From: Ruditapes philippinarum
Taxonomy: Eukaryota
Length of the DNA stretch: 64,000 nucleotides
Direction of reading: 5' to 3'
NCBI RefSeq assembly: GCF_026571515.1
Contig: NW_026858607.1
Span: 1-64,000, forward strand
Shown in pieces: positions 37,901 to 50,135 of the stretch. The notes under the pieces were generated by a model. That model did not search any database. It was not told the origin of the DNA and saw only the letters and a list, made by a program, of their open reading frames with translations. The first letter of the stretch is position 1. Each line of letters starts with the position of its first letter. Both the position numbers and the translations under genes were made by a program.

Positions 37901-40900
37901 TCTCATTATTGTGAGCAATTGTGGCAAGTATTAACAAAATCCCTTCAAAGATAAGAAAGTTATAGACCGGGCACGAGATATACCCTCAAATAGACAATGT
38001 TGACCTTGAATGAGCAAGTGCGACCTTGAACCTGGAGGTAGGGGTCTGGTTGTTGCGCATGACACATCGTCTAATTATAACAAACATTTGTGCTAAGTTA
38101 TTTCAGATTCCTTCCACAAATGACAAAGTTATGGACCGGACACGAAAGTGTGACGGACGGACAGACGGACGGACAGACGGGAGTTCTAACAGGAGAGTAA
38201 TTATGTGGCTACTCTATTGTTCTCTCTATTCTTTTTAGCCACACAAAAGAAAATAGCCACATAAAAGCATTACGGAATGAATGACATCAAAGAGAAAGAA
38301 CAGTTACCTATTGTCCCTCTAGCCACATAATTACTGTCCTGTGAGTGCGGACGGACGGAAAGACGGACAGACGGACGGAGCCTATTACTATATCCCCCTT
38401 TTTTCTTCGAGTAAAATTTAGCTTAGCAGCCAAACGATCAAGTTTATCATTGAATGTCAAAAATCATATGTTATTGAATTGAAAATATCACCCAGTCCAT
38501 GTCTTTTTGCCATTCAGTGGCAGATTTCGTAATAATTTGGATTAAATATATGGTTCTGTAAACAATTTGTTATGAGTTAGCAGCTTAAATCAAGGCCACG
38601 CTAGGACTTCTTAGGTTTATAGTACATCGATTGTTATTTCCAGACATTATTTGTGTCATGCATGAATGTATTTCGAAATGTCTAGGGATATTTCTCTGGC
38701 ACATTAAGAAAACTTATCACACCCAAATGTCAGGTCAACGGTTAAGTTTAAAAGGTGAAGGTATACTTTAATATCAAAATAGTTAATTGATGTTTTTTAG
38801 TCCCCTACCGGTTTACCGGAGGGGACTTTAGGTTTACCCTCTGTCCGTCTGTCCGTCCGTCCGTCTGTCCGTCCGTCAGTCCGTCCGTCCACAAAACTGG
38901 ATCCCGCGATAATGCAAAAAGTACTGAAAATATTTTTATGAAACTTGATATATGGATAGATGGCAGTATGGAGATTATGCACGTCTTTTTCTTTTCTTCC
39001 TATGTTGAAAATTCTGGTTGCTATGGCAACAAATAGACTGAAAATATGGCAAATTTTACACATAACCTGGATCCCGCGATAACGCAAAAAGTACTAAAAA
39101 TATTTTTATGAAACTTGATATATGGATAGATGACAGTATGCAGATTATGCACGTCTTTTTATTTTCTTCCTATGTTGAAAATTCTGGTTGCTATGGCAAC
39201 AAATAGACTGAAAATATGGCAAAATTTACACATAACCTGGATCCAGTGATAACACAAAAAGTACTGAAAATATGTTTATGAAACTTGACATATTGGTAGA
39301 TGGCAGTATGGAAATTATGCACATTCTTTTTTATCTTCCTATATTGAAAATTCTGGTTGCTATGGCAACAAATAGACTGAATTTCAAGATTTCTGATTCT
39401 AGTTTTAAAGTTTTTTCACTATAAGTTCTTTATTTCTTAAGGTATTTTCTTCAAACTTTAAATATAAGTTGCTTGTCATCAACCACATCATATGTGACAA
39501 GGTTTACAACTCTAGCACAAAAATTATCAGAATTACCTCCCTTGAACTTAAAATTTTCATTAAAAAAACATTGTTTTTTTTTAATAACTTCTTTTTCTGA
39601 ATGTATCTACTTCAAACTTCATATAATTGTTTCTTATTGTCACTCAACATTTGTGAGTGTTCAATACTCTAGCAAGACTATTAGGGAGAATTATGCCCCT
39701 TTTGAACTTAGACTTTTTTTTGAGAAATTGGTAATTTTTACTCCAACTTCTTCAGTCATGATAGGATTTTAAAAATGTTATATTTTGATAACAGGGATGT
39801 TTAAAAAATAACTTTAGAGTGTCCTTCAGTCCGTCTGTCTGTACATAAAAACTGTTTCCTGTGATCACTTTTAAAGAACTTTTTCAACAAATTTACTTAA
39901 AATAGGAACCTAAGTGAATGGCCAATGGCCCTTCAGAATGTTGCTTGGGCTCTTACCGGTAGGGGACTTATGGATTGCTTGCAATACTATGATAATTGCT
40001 TGTTTTCCTAGTCATATCTTTGTCAGTTATCCATGGATGCTTTGTGAAATTATTATGCTAACTGAAAATATGAGAAAGTGTTTATAAATGTTCTATATTA
40101 TTGTAACACTCTTTTTAAAGTACCCATGTCTTTGATGCAAGTCAAGGGTCAGGGTTCCTTTACTGGGCCCTGCTTGGGGGCATTTGGCCATTTCTAACGA
40201 CAGTTTTTTGTTGGAAGATTGTGCATAAATATAACCCTATAAGATAAAAGTACCCTATTTTTGGTTAAATTTTCAGTCACACCGAATCTGTAGCTTTCTA
40301 CCTTTTCTGGTGGAGGAAGACTTCAGGTGCTCTTTATTTTTATAAAGACACAGCAGAGGTCATTTGTCAATTTTCCAGCTTTATTGGTGGAACACTCAGA
40401 CACGAGTGGGGTACCTAAGCAGAACCACCGACGTCCGTTATCTGTCTGAAAGAATGTCTCTGGTGGAATTCGGTCTCAAAGCGAAACTACATTTGCAAGC
40501 CGATACGAGAAAATTCACAAAAATTTATACAATCTTGAAAAAAAAAAAATAACAAAAGAAAAAAACAACAAAAAAACAAAATACAGAAAAAAAACAACCA
40601 GAACTGAATTTATAATTCTGACAACAGCCTATCGGTTTGAAAACTTTATACAGATAACTTACTAACTTACCAGAATTTTTACAAGGTCCATCATCTCTCG
40701 TACGCAATATTTTGTCGAGACATTGTGCTTTTGCTAGTAAGCATCTATTAAGAAAATATATTTATTAAGCAAAACAATAAAAAGAACTGATTTTGTATAA
40801 AGTAAACACTACCATTCTTGAACAGCTTTGATATAACCATGTTAACAACATTTTAAATTTTATGCCGTTCTTTGCGTTTTTCAAAATTTCAATTTAACCC

Positions 40901-43678
40901 TTTTTTAGTTATTGCGTCCTTTGAACGTTGTTCTTTGTTCTTGTTTTATTTATTAAATCTAAGTAGTACGTGTGCAATATGATGTATAAAGCAAAAACAA
41001 CGACTACAAGTTGGTAAAGTGACGAGTATGCTGTTGCCATTTTCATGCAATTTATTCTCATTGTTTATGAATATCTAGAGGTTTCGTTTTGTTTTTTCAA
41101 ATTATTAAGTTAAATAAGTTAAGTATGAAAATTTATTTTAGACATGTTTTTCAAATAATGTTTGAATTTTACAATATTTATTTTCATACCGGTTAGCATA
41201 GGTGATGCCATCGGTGCCACACACCACACTGGGAGTAAATCCATCACAATCCAATTGATTGACCCAATTACAATTAAGAAACTGAGAAGACGAACCTACG
41301 GTAAATTTAAAAATCTCTAGATATATTAATATGCCAACAGATTTTCTAAATTTTCTAAAAGAAACAATCCCTTGTGGATAGTAATTTTAAAATGTTCACC
41401 TAATTCATACATTTAAATATCGGCTGTTCCTTGCGAAAGATCGGTGGGGACATTTCAAATTCGCGAATTCTCGATTTCATGTTCGTGAAATCATAATTTT
41501 AAATTCGTGAATTCTTGTTTTCAACGATTTCAGCTTCATGAATTCACGATTTCATCTTTGTCAATTCACATCAATTCTAACCCCGTTAATTCATGTTTTC
41601 AACGATTTCAGTTACATGAGTTTTCGATTTCAACTTTATGGATAATTCACGATTTCAACATCACGAAATCAAATTCGTGAATCTACGATTTTAATTTACG
41701 AATACACGAATTCAACTTCATGAATTTGCGATTTCAACGTCATAAATTTGTGATTTGAACTTCACGAATTCAACTTTGTAAAATCACGATTACAACTAAA
41801 CGACTTCACTATTTCAACTTCATGAACAAACGATTTCAACTTACGTTTATTCACCCTTTCAACTTTTAAGTTAACGTAATCACGATTACAACTTCACGAA
41901 ATCACGATTTCAACTAGTAATCATGAATACGTGAAATTGATATCGTTAGTTCGTGAAGATGAAATCCGTGAATTCATGAAGTTAAAATCGTGAATTCACG
42001 AAAATGAAATTGTGAATGTACGACGATGAATTGTGAGTTCCTGAGCATTCCTTCCAGTTTTTAATCGGGAATTCATGACGTTTAAATGTCCCACCGGTCT
42101 TTCGTAGTTTCTGTCGTCATTCAGGTCACTTTAACCTTTAAATATGAAAGGAAAGGCGGCGTTCAATGAACGCTAAACCATTATATTAGGTTTTTTTACG
42201 CCTATAACAATATTGAAATTATATCTTTATGATTTTCACAATTCGTAATCCAGCCATGTTTCACGGAATATTATAAATAATGAAAAAATGAAATTATATA
42301 GAACATCTTCAAATTTCGCTCCAAAGATATTAAAAGAATTATCTGGCGACTGCCTTTTTCTCTTACATCTATATGCATGAGAAGCAGAGTGATTTTAATT
42401 TTGATAAAAAAAAACTATGAATTCTTCGTTTTTTAGGCTCGAGCGAGTTTTTGAGTAGTACAGAATTGTTTTACAAAAATTGTGTAAGAATATAAAATGA
42501 TTAAAGTTATTGTTAATCCCCCTTTACACTGTCCCGGTAATAACCCGGTTAATCCACATTTACACTGTCCCGGTAATAACCAACGGTATCGCTACGGTGT
42601 CTTAAACCGGTGAACCGGGGTTTTCCGTGGTGTTTTTATGAAAAATCAAATTGCGTTTACACATCCCCGACAGAGCCCAGGTGTATTTCCGGTTCAGTAC
42701 CCAATATAGCGCCGGATATATACGGTAAGTGCCAATGCTAACCCGGTGTATTCCCGGTAGAGACACGGTTTTATCACGGTCCATCCCGACTATCGCCGAT
42801 TTTGTCACGGTAAAGCTACGGGTGATGCTGGTACTATCCCGGTTACGCCTGGGTAATGCGCCAATGCTTTCCCGGTTCAAGTTTATGAGAATAAAACTGC
42901 TTGGCCACAGAAGAAATTGCAGAAAATGGCCCTTCTTCATCTTCACTTAACAAAATTATTCAATATCTGGGACAATAGAGGGTCCAACCGGAGCGTTGTC
43001 CCAAAGAAAACAATACAATACAATAACCGCGATGTACCCTGGCTCTACCGTAGCTCTGCTTGTTTTTATCGTGGCGACATCGTGTCATCACCGGAGCTTT
43101 GCCGTGTTTTGACTTTGATTATTACGTTTCCCGGTTTACTACGGTTTGTCACGGTATTGGTGCGGTGGTTCCCCGGCAATTCCCGGTGCCAAGCCGATAG
43201 AACACGGTTCTGGGCTTCCTTCCCGGTGAGTGCCGTTGAGCCCCTGTTGTATAAAACATTTTAATACAACCGTGGCGATCTCCCGGTTTGTCCCGGTTCA
43301 CCAAGGTTTGTCCCGGTACTTCACGGAATCACTCCGGCTCTACGCCGGTTAACCACGGTTGATCCCGGTGGACTAAACCGTGGCAAACCCGTCCCGCCAA
43401 ACCGGAGCAGTGTAAATGGGGCTTTAGCAATCAATAGCAATCAATACTGTATGTGTGAATTAAGATTATCTCCAAACCCCATCATTAACAAAATAAATAA
43501 ATAAAAAAAATAAAAGAAAAAGTAGTAATAAAAAGAAATTGAAAATAAAATAAAATAAAAATGCTCAGTTTTTTATAGTTTACATGTATTCTATAACATA
43601 CTAATAAATCTACTTACCTGATATTTCTAAAATAAGCAACAACAACAGTGTCTTCGGTAGGTTCACAATCGTAGACAT
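31852..43678 (-). CDS. Secreted two-domain Kazal-type protein with Thr-rich mucin-like linker (199 aa, 5 exons)
   Basis: Exons (-): 43678-43618 (MSTIVNLPKTLLLLLILEISG signal peptide), 41295-41190, 40744-40671, 32542-32251, 31918-31852(TAA); all GT-AG, phases consistent, 600 nt total; two Kazal domains C-x7-C-x7/8-CG(T/S)(D/N)G.TY.N.C-x6-C-x12-C. Confidence 0.92.
32251..32542 (-). CDS. Kazal protein exon 4 (Thr-rich linker + first half of Kazal 2)
   Basis: VAVTKTATT..(TTRPTTTVR.S)n..ICDTMTGVHCVNDIEPICGSNGRTYINA. Confidence 0.92.
32644..33847 (+). repeat. Head-to-tail ~1.9 copies of a ~630-nt structured non-coding repeat (family A)
   Basis: 32644 matches 33273 (period 629), near-identical; full unit 33221-33847; at least 8 hairpins. 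Confidence 0.95.
34372..34797 (+). repeat. 5'-truncated family A copy
   Basis: Matches ~32786-33212, ends at GGATTCTGTATTTATCTAT. Confidence 0.9.
35057..35893 (-). repeat. Inverted full-length family A copy interrupted by a family C insertion
   Basis: Reverse complement of the unit: 35057-35506 and 35664-35870, followed by ~25 nt of the 3' end again. Confidence 0.88.
35507..35663 (-). repeat. Family C repeat fragment (also ~31982-32050, ~33985-34040, ~42149-42175)
   Basis: Shared end GAAAGGCGGCGTTCAATGAACGC; flanked by CAGTATTCAA duplication. Confidence 0.7.
36953..38410. mobile_element. Pearl/HINE (Helentron-like) non-autonomous element with ~170-bp tandem core repeats and (GACG/GACA)n
   Basis: ~6 units containing TGACCTTGACCTTGGAGGTAGG (37160-38150), then ACGG microsatellite and CTATATCCCCCTTTTTT end. 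Confidence 0.8.
38189..38342. mobile_element. Small MITE nested in microsatellite
   Basis: 23-bp TIR ACAGGAGAGTAATTATGTGGCTA / TAGCCACATAATTACTGTCCTGT (1 mismatch). Confidence 0.75.
38794..40005. mobile_element. Pearl/HINE (Helentron-like) non-autonomous element
   Basis: Subterminal IR AGTCCCCTACCGGT (38799) / ACCGGTAGGGGACT (39955), 5' hairpin, (GTCC)n, three 170-bp units (38897, 39067, 39237), T-rich flanks. Confidence 0.85.
40260..40500 (-). mobile_element. Degenerate Meta-SINE-like fragments
   Basis: TGGTGGAGGAAGAC..CAGGTGC and TTTCCAGCTTT..CAGAACCACCGACGT motifs, reverse of 16585-16835 type. Confidence 0.55.
40671..40744 (-). CDS. Kazal protein exon 3
   Basis: CLLAKAQCLDKILRTRDDGPCKNS; TAG/GTAAGT. 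Confidence 0.9.
41190..41295 (-). CDS. Kazal protein exon 2
   Basis: SSSQFLNCNWVNQLDCDGFTPSVVCGTDGITYANR; TAG/GTATGA. Confidence 0.92.
41431..42107. mobile_element. MITE with TIRs and internal short degenerate repeats
   Basis: CGAAAGATCGGTGGGGACATTT / AAATGTCCCACCGGTCTTTCG; interior of TTCACGATTTCAAC-like units in both orientations. Confidence 0.8.
42516..43423. mobile_element. PIF/Harbinger-like MITE
   Basis: TIR ATCCCCTTTACACTG / CAGTGTAAATGGGGCT with TTA on both sides; many CCCGGT/ACCGG motifs; left end tandemly duplicated. Confidence 0.75.
43618..43678 (-). CDS. Kazal protein exon 1 (signal peptide)
   Basis: ATG + Leu-rich core, GTAAGT donor, phase 1 fits exon 2. Confidence 0.82.
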
Positions 43679-43744
43679 TGTGATTTAACATAAACACATG
43701 TATAACGCATTATTATAATTCTATAATACATGTAGTAAAGATAA

Positions 43745-43756
43745 CATTTATAAATG
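43745..43756 (-). promoter_or_regulatory. Candidate TATA box of Kazal gene
   Basis: Palindromic CATTTATAAATG ~70 bp upstream of the ATG; AT-rich background makes this weak. Confidence 0.35.
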
Positions 43757-43846
43757 GTGTCGTCTTATCAGTCAGATAAATCTTTTAATGACTACAATAA
43801 AGTCTGAAATTTTCCGCAGCGATTGGACTTATTAATACGGTTTCGT

Positions 43847-44186
43847 GTTAGGGCCATTTGCGACACATATACACGCACGCACGCATGCACACGCACGCAC
43901 GCACGCATACACATACACACACACACACGCACACGCACACACAAACACACACACGCACACAGAGCTCGAAACAACAAAAGTAAGAAGTAGAAAATACGAA
44001 AACTCGATAAAATTTCGTGTTTTTACCATTGTGGTTTTGTTTCGTTATTACGACTTTTCACCATCGTACTTTCGACTTTTCATCATCGAATCTTTGACTT
44101 TTCAACAACGTGGTTTCGTTATTGCGACTTTTTCCATCGTATTATCGTTATTTCGAGTTTTGTGTGTGTGTAGCGATTGCCCTAAC
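43847..44186. mobile_element. MITE with (CA)n-containing inverted ends
   Basis: GTTAGGGC..(CA)n..AGCTCGAAACAAC / GTTATTTCGAGTTT(TG)n..GCCCTAAC. Confidence 0.65.
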
Positions 44187-45503
44187 TAGACACTTAAAAT
44201 AATAGTGAATATGCCACTGAAGGGGTGTACTCTCAGGTGGTATACACCGTTAGTATTTTAAACATTCACGAGAATTATTTGTAGAGCTAAATTAATATGA
44301 ACTAGATTACTGACCTACACCAGCCCCAATCCCAAGCTTGTGTAACATAATGACATAGATTTTAATAAAGTCGTTTTTATTTGTTTGTTACGTGAAGAGT
44401 GTTTTTTAAAGTTGTGTCAAGTTATTGTTTATACACAAGATATAACAGATAACTTTTAAATCTGTTTGGAATGCTGTTCTTTAAAACATTTAATACTTTT
44501 CAAATGGTTTTGGTCAAATGTTTTACAAAAGCACTCCTGAGAGAATAATTTTTTTTTCAGCAGAGGAACGCTGATTTGAGGAAACGCATTTAAAACCGTC
44601 AGCATTTTAAGACCGTTGTTTCAACTTCTATTTTAACCGTTGTTGTCAGACAAATCTTACAAATATGAATGTTAAAAGTACATTCAAGTCAACAGTTTAA
44701 GATGGATGTAATCCATGTAAGTGACGTGTTTCAACAAAATGGTATACCAATAATTTGATAAAATAAAATTATGGTCAGCAAAATTAAAATAATTTCATGT
44801 GAAGACATTTTATCGGCATAAGTATGTTACAAAACAAGGATTTTTATCTTTTCACTGCTATCGGAACACATCGTGTATTTTCTCAAACACAGCATAATAA
44901 TAGAAAAGAACTGTAATCGTAAAGGGGGCACTAACAGTTGCTTAATGGTGTATTTTATACCCAAAGATTAAGTTACTAAGATTATATGTTTCAATGTTTT
45001 CAATTCAATCAATACTTAGATTGAAGTTATGTGTTGTAAATAATTTTTTAAAGATGTAATTTAAAAGAAAATAGCTAGGATGTAAAAATCTTCAATGATA
45101 AAATTTGTATTTTACACTTTTTGATGTTATTGGTAGTAATTAAGTTATATATTATTACTACATATTTAACTGAGTAAATGAACTAGATATCACTACGATA
45201 AGTGAACTGAATCCTATTGAATTGCTATTGAAATTCTGTTTATTCCCTAGGATAAACTAAGATAAATTGGTAAAAAAATTTACGGTGTCGATACCTAATG
45301 AAAATCCTTTGGGATTTTACTCATTTTAAAGTCATCTGGTTTAAGCTACATTTATTATTGAAAACTTTTGAATTTATAACATCATTTCATATTAAATGAG
45401 TTTTTTTCCATAATTTGAATTCAAATCTTAAATACCTTTGTCTGTTTAAGCACAACGATTCAAGTAACAGTTGAAGATACACGTTTTTCTACTAGATACC
45501 TAA

Positions 45504-47506
45504 ATGTATCTAAATGTTTTATTAGAATATTGTAATAGATGGAAATTAACAGTAAATACGAGAAAAACTAAAGTCATTGTGTTCAGAAAAGCAGGTAGAT
45601 TACCTCAGAATTTACGTTTCTTGTATAATGATCAGGAATTAGAAATTGTATCTCGTTTTAAATATTTAGGTGTTTTATTTACGTCAGGTGGTTCATATAT
45701 TCAACATGATAAGTTGTTAGCTGGACAGGCTTTAAAAGCTATTTTCAAAATGAATAAATATTTATATAAATTTACAGATTTATTACCCAAACATACACTT
45801 GATTTATTTGATAAGTTAATTATGCCAATTTTAATGTATTCCTCAGAGGTATGGGGTTTTTATAAAGCCCCACATGTAGAAAGAACATATTTAAGTTTTT
45901 GTAAAAGACTGTTAAGTGTTAAAGCATCTACCCAAAATGATTTTATATATGGCGAGCTTGGTAGACAAAGTTTGATATCATATAGAATGTTTAGTGTTAT
46001 AAAATATTGGTTAAAAATATGTACATGTCCAGAATCAAAGTATATTAGAAATATTTATTTGATGTTAAAGAATGACGCAGGTAACGAACCAAATGTAACT
46101 AACTGGGTGACTAATGTTAAAAGCTTACTAATAAAACTAGGGTTTGAACATGTATGGTTAAACATAAAGAACTATTTTTATTGATATTAAAACAAAGGAT
46201 AAAAGAAATATGGCTGATTGATTATAATAATAGATTAGAAGACTCGACAAGAGCACTGTTTTTTAGAACAATAGTTAGTTTTAATTTTAGTAAATATCTA
46301 GATGTTATAAATATCCGTAAGTACAGAATAGCTTTAGCACGTTTACGCATGTCATCTCATAGATTAGCTGTAGAATCTGGAAGATGGAGAAAACCAGAAT
46401 GTGTTCCTTTTAATGAACGAATATGTCATATATGTAATACATTGGAAGATGAATACCATTTTGTACTTGTATGTAATATGTTTAAAGAACTTCGTACAAA
46501 ATATATCAAGAGATACTATTGGAATCACCCTAGTAATTTTAAATTTATTTCTCTTATGAATACAGAAAATGTAACAGATATTCGTAATTTAAGTATTTAC
46601 ACGTATCATGCTTTTATTAAACGTCAGCAACAGATCGATTCACTGTAGATTTGCCAATTTTACATGTAGATATATCTATAGCATAATTCTAGGTTAATGC
46701 TTACTAAGACAAAATGTTTTGTAAAAATAAATTGCTTTACATTATAAATAGTATAACCGGCTTTTGATATTTACCCTTTCTGTCAATGGTAAACTCATCT
46801 AAAATGAAAACAGTGGTTCGATAAAATATATATAGATATATCTAGACTACTTTAATCTTTTTGGTCAAACAAAATGCTTTATGGTGTATGCATAATATTT
46901 AGTACTTTGATGATAACCTAGTCATAGATACCTTTAAAAATGGTTCCGTTGATGGAGACTCCTAATCATTCTGTTTATAATGCCGTTGTTATGTACAGAT
47001 CACCATTATGTGCTCTATATTTTCGTTTTTCGATGGGGCATTTATGTGTTGGTGAATGTATCATATTTAGCACTATGTGTCATGTGTAGATAGAGCCCCT
47101 TTCCAAGAAAGAGCAAAATCCTTAAATGATATCAACATATCATTTAGGAGCATCCAACCTCGTTAACCATATTATTAATATATAGAAATTAATATGTTTT
47201 TTCGTATTGTAATATTTACATTATTCTGCCTCTCCCAAGCGAGATGTCATGTGTAACCACTCTTCGTTTAATATTGTTCCCTGAAACTCTTTGGTTTGGT
47301 AATTTTATATGACACAGTGAATCAGCTTAAAGTGTATGAGCTACTTTCCCATTGACCAAAAAATTATTTCCCGTGAATACACATGCCATCTCGACTTCTT
47401 GTCACGTATTGCCATGTTTCTATTTTTTGTATGTATATATATTGATGCTTTGTCAATGGCTCTTTTTAGGGCTTTAGTGCAAATAAAAGTTCTTCTTCTT
47501 CTTCTT
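45504..47506 (+). mobile_element. 5'-truncated non-LTR retrotransposon (probably RTE-X or CR1-group): RT C-terminus, zinc finger, 3'UTR
   Basis: YCNRWKLTVNTRKTK..FKYLG..YSSEVWG..GELGR / RLRMSSHRLAVESGRW..CHIC..EDEYHFVLVC; one frameshift ~46160; AATAAA + (CTT)n tail. Confidence 0.9.
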
Positions 47507-48889
47507 CCTAATGATTCAATTTAGTCTCCTTTGTTTACATTTACCTTTACTTTAAGATGTGTCAATAACAAATTAAAAAATGGTACATGTACCAATATAA
47601 AGAAATAAGAAGATAATTATTATCAATGAAATTCCCAACCCCCAGAATTTAGGAATAAAACATAAAATAAAAAGATACTAACATTTGCCTTACAATATTG
47701 CTTAGACAAATAAAATACAGCTGGTTTGGATTTTGAGCAGGTAACTGGAGGTTGTTTGGTAAATTGGCTAATATGTCTCGACAACGTACCATCAAAATGT
47801 TTACAATGTGGAAATATGCTTGCAAAATACACATTATTAAGTTTAGTGTCTCTGAAGTGTTATGCATTTGAATTGAAGTTCATTTGTATCGTTGACTAGA
47901 GAGTCTCGTTTTCCGAAACAATTCCCAAATGCAAGATATTGGGATGTCTAAGAAAGGCAATTAAATATACAAAAAGGAAACAGCTCTAAAAACTAACAAT
48001 TAAAACTTTGCTTCTGGAAAACAAAGTCCTCAAATAATATGATATAATATCAGTCATTGAATAGAGAAAATAAGAATCCCTAAAGAAAGCCCAAAACGGC
48101 AATATCGAACTCTTTGTTCATGGCGATATGCAATAACAAAAGTTTAGCATGAGTGAAGTTATTATACATTTATGGTAATGTTTACTCAACTAAATGAAAT
48201 TATGCGTGTGACTAAGTGAAAATAAATACCTTTAAGCTTTCTGTTCTAACGAAAAGAGTCGCAGAGAGCATAATTCATATCATCAAAAATGTTCAGAAGT
48301 TTAGATGTATTTTCAGATTTTGAGTTTGATTCAGACATCCTTGTTGTATATAAGATAAAAATGAGTCATCTTGTTAAGTCATCTAAGCAACCAAGGGGTG
48401 TCTCATAGCCGGGATTACTAGCCGGCCACTTACGGTGTAAATTGGTAACAACTATTTTGTTAACAAGAAAGTCGATCGTGTGGACAAGACTAACCGACGA
48501 AATTTATGACTAAATATTTAATTTGTTAAAACGCTATAATGAACTAACACCGAATAAAGAATCTGAAATCTCGAAAACATGTCGAACCACTTCTAATCGA
48601 AATTTTTTAAATGAAATTTTACATTGTCCAGAGAATTTGAATGTTTACAATAGTTTTCTTTCATTTATTTATTAAATTTATGAAATATTATCCCATGTTG
48701 ATCATGTCCGAAAAAAAACCCCGAATATTTTTAGATTTTAAAGCCGGTCAGAAAAGGTTTGAAAACCAAGTCGTCATTCAGAGAATGTATTAAAACGATT
48801 TTGTAACGTTATACTATGCATGGTAATAGTTTCAATAAATATGTATAAATGAACTACAGACAGTTACTGTCAGTTGATATCAGAAAAAG

Positions 48890-48965
48890 TTCGTTTGTTT
48901 GTTTGATTCGGTTTTACGTCACACCACCGACACAGTATATATCATATGGCGGCGTTTCAGCATTG
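48890..48965 (-). mobile_element. SINE 3' tail fragment
   Basis: GTTTGTTTG..TTTTACGTCACACC..GACACAGTATA..TCATATGGCG. Confidence 0.5.
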
Positions 48966-48983
48966 AAGTCCATTTGTATTTAT

Positions 48984-50135
48984 AATTATTATTATATACC
49001 ACATTTCTATAGCACTCTTTTCATAAATAATAAATGTTCAAGAGTGCTTTACATAAATCCGATAAAACATAATCATATATATATATATATAAGACATAAT
49101 GTACAACATTAATTAAGTAAACCTATTAAACAATAATGATAATCTAAAACCAGTAAAGGATGGTAAGAAATACAGACACATTTAGTTAAAAATCAAGGCT
49201 CAATTAAAATTAACACTGATAATATAGCAAAAGTAGTACATGTATGATGATTTATGAACTAACGTCCATAGAACTTTATGAAATAATGTGTTTTGAGAGC
49301 TCTCTTAAAACATGGCAAGGTATTACAGTCTCTAATGTCAGGTGGTAACGAGTTCCATAATTTCGCTGCGGCTGTCTGGAAGCACCTGTCACCATATCGT
49401 ACTGTCCGAGATTTAGGCACAACTAATGTCATTGAGTTATTCTGGGACCTCAGATTTCTGACTGGGATGTACACGTCTATCATGTCTTTTATATAGGCTG
49501 GTGATTGATCGATGAGGGATTTATATGTATAAGTCAAAATTTTATATTCGACCCGATACTCTACCGGAAGCCAGTGAAGGTCACGTAAGATAGGTGTTAT
49601 GTGGTCATATTTGAGTGTTTTGATCACAATTCTAGCTGCTGTATTTTGAACATGTTGTAACTTGGTCATTGACTGCTTAGAGACTCCATATAACAGTGCA
49701 TTACAGTAGTCTAACCTAGAAGTAACAAGTGAATTTACTAGAGATTTGGTTGCTTTAACAGTAAGATAGGGTCTGATGTGACCGATTTGTCTTAATTGTG
49801 CATAACAGTTCCTACAGACATTATTTACATGTTTGTTCCATCCTCATGTTCGAGTCAAGAAATGCACCAAGATTGCGCACACTAGATGATTGGCTAATTT
49901 TCGAACCGTCGACTGTTACTGTAACATCTGAAACAGGTTGTGCGTTATGTTCAGATGAGAAGATGATCAACTCTGTTTTGTCGCCGTTTAGCTTCAGCAT
50001 GTTGGCATTCATCCAACTTACAATATCTTCAAGACATCTTTCAATACGGTTTATATTCTCCTGAATTGAAATATTAGTCACTGGTTTGAAGGATAGATAG
50101 AGTTGTGAGTCATCTGCGAAGAAATGGTTGTTTAG
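48984..50135 (-). mobile_element. 5'-truncated L2-clade LINE
   Basis: FADDSQLY..WMNANMLKLNGDKTE..VRNLG..LVTSRLDYCNALLYG..KLQHVQNTAARIV..HITPILRDLHWLPV; (TAA)n-like tail. Confidence 0.92.

Noticed and set aside
37160-39400. CRISPR-like arrays
   Set aside because: Whole ~170-bp units are homologous (no unique spacers), eukaryotic context, no cas genes.
42602-44189. ORFs of 61-115 aa at 42.6-44.2 kb
   Set aside because: Arise from a GC-rich MITE and CA/CACG microsatellite; no protein motifs.
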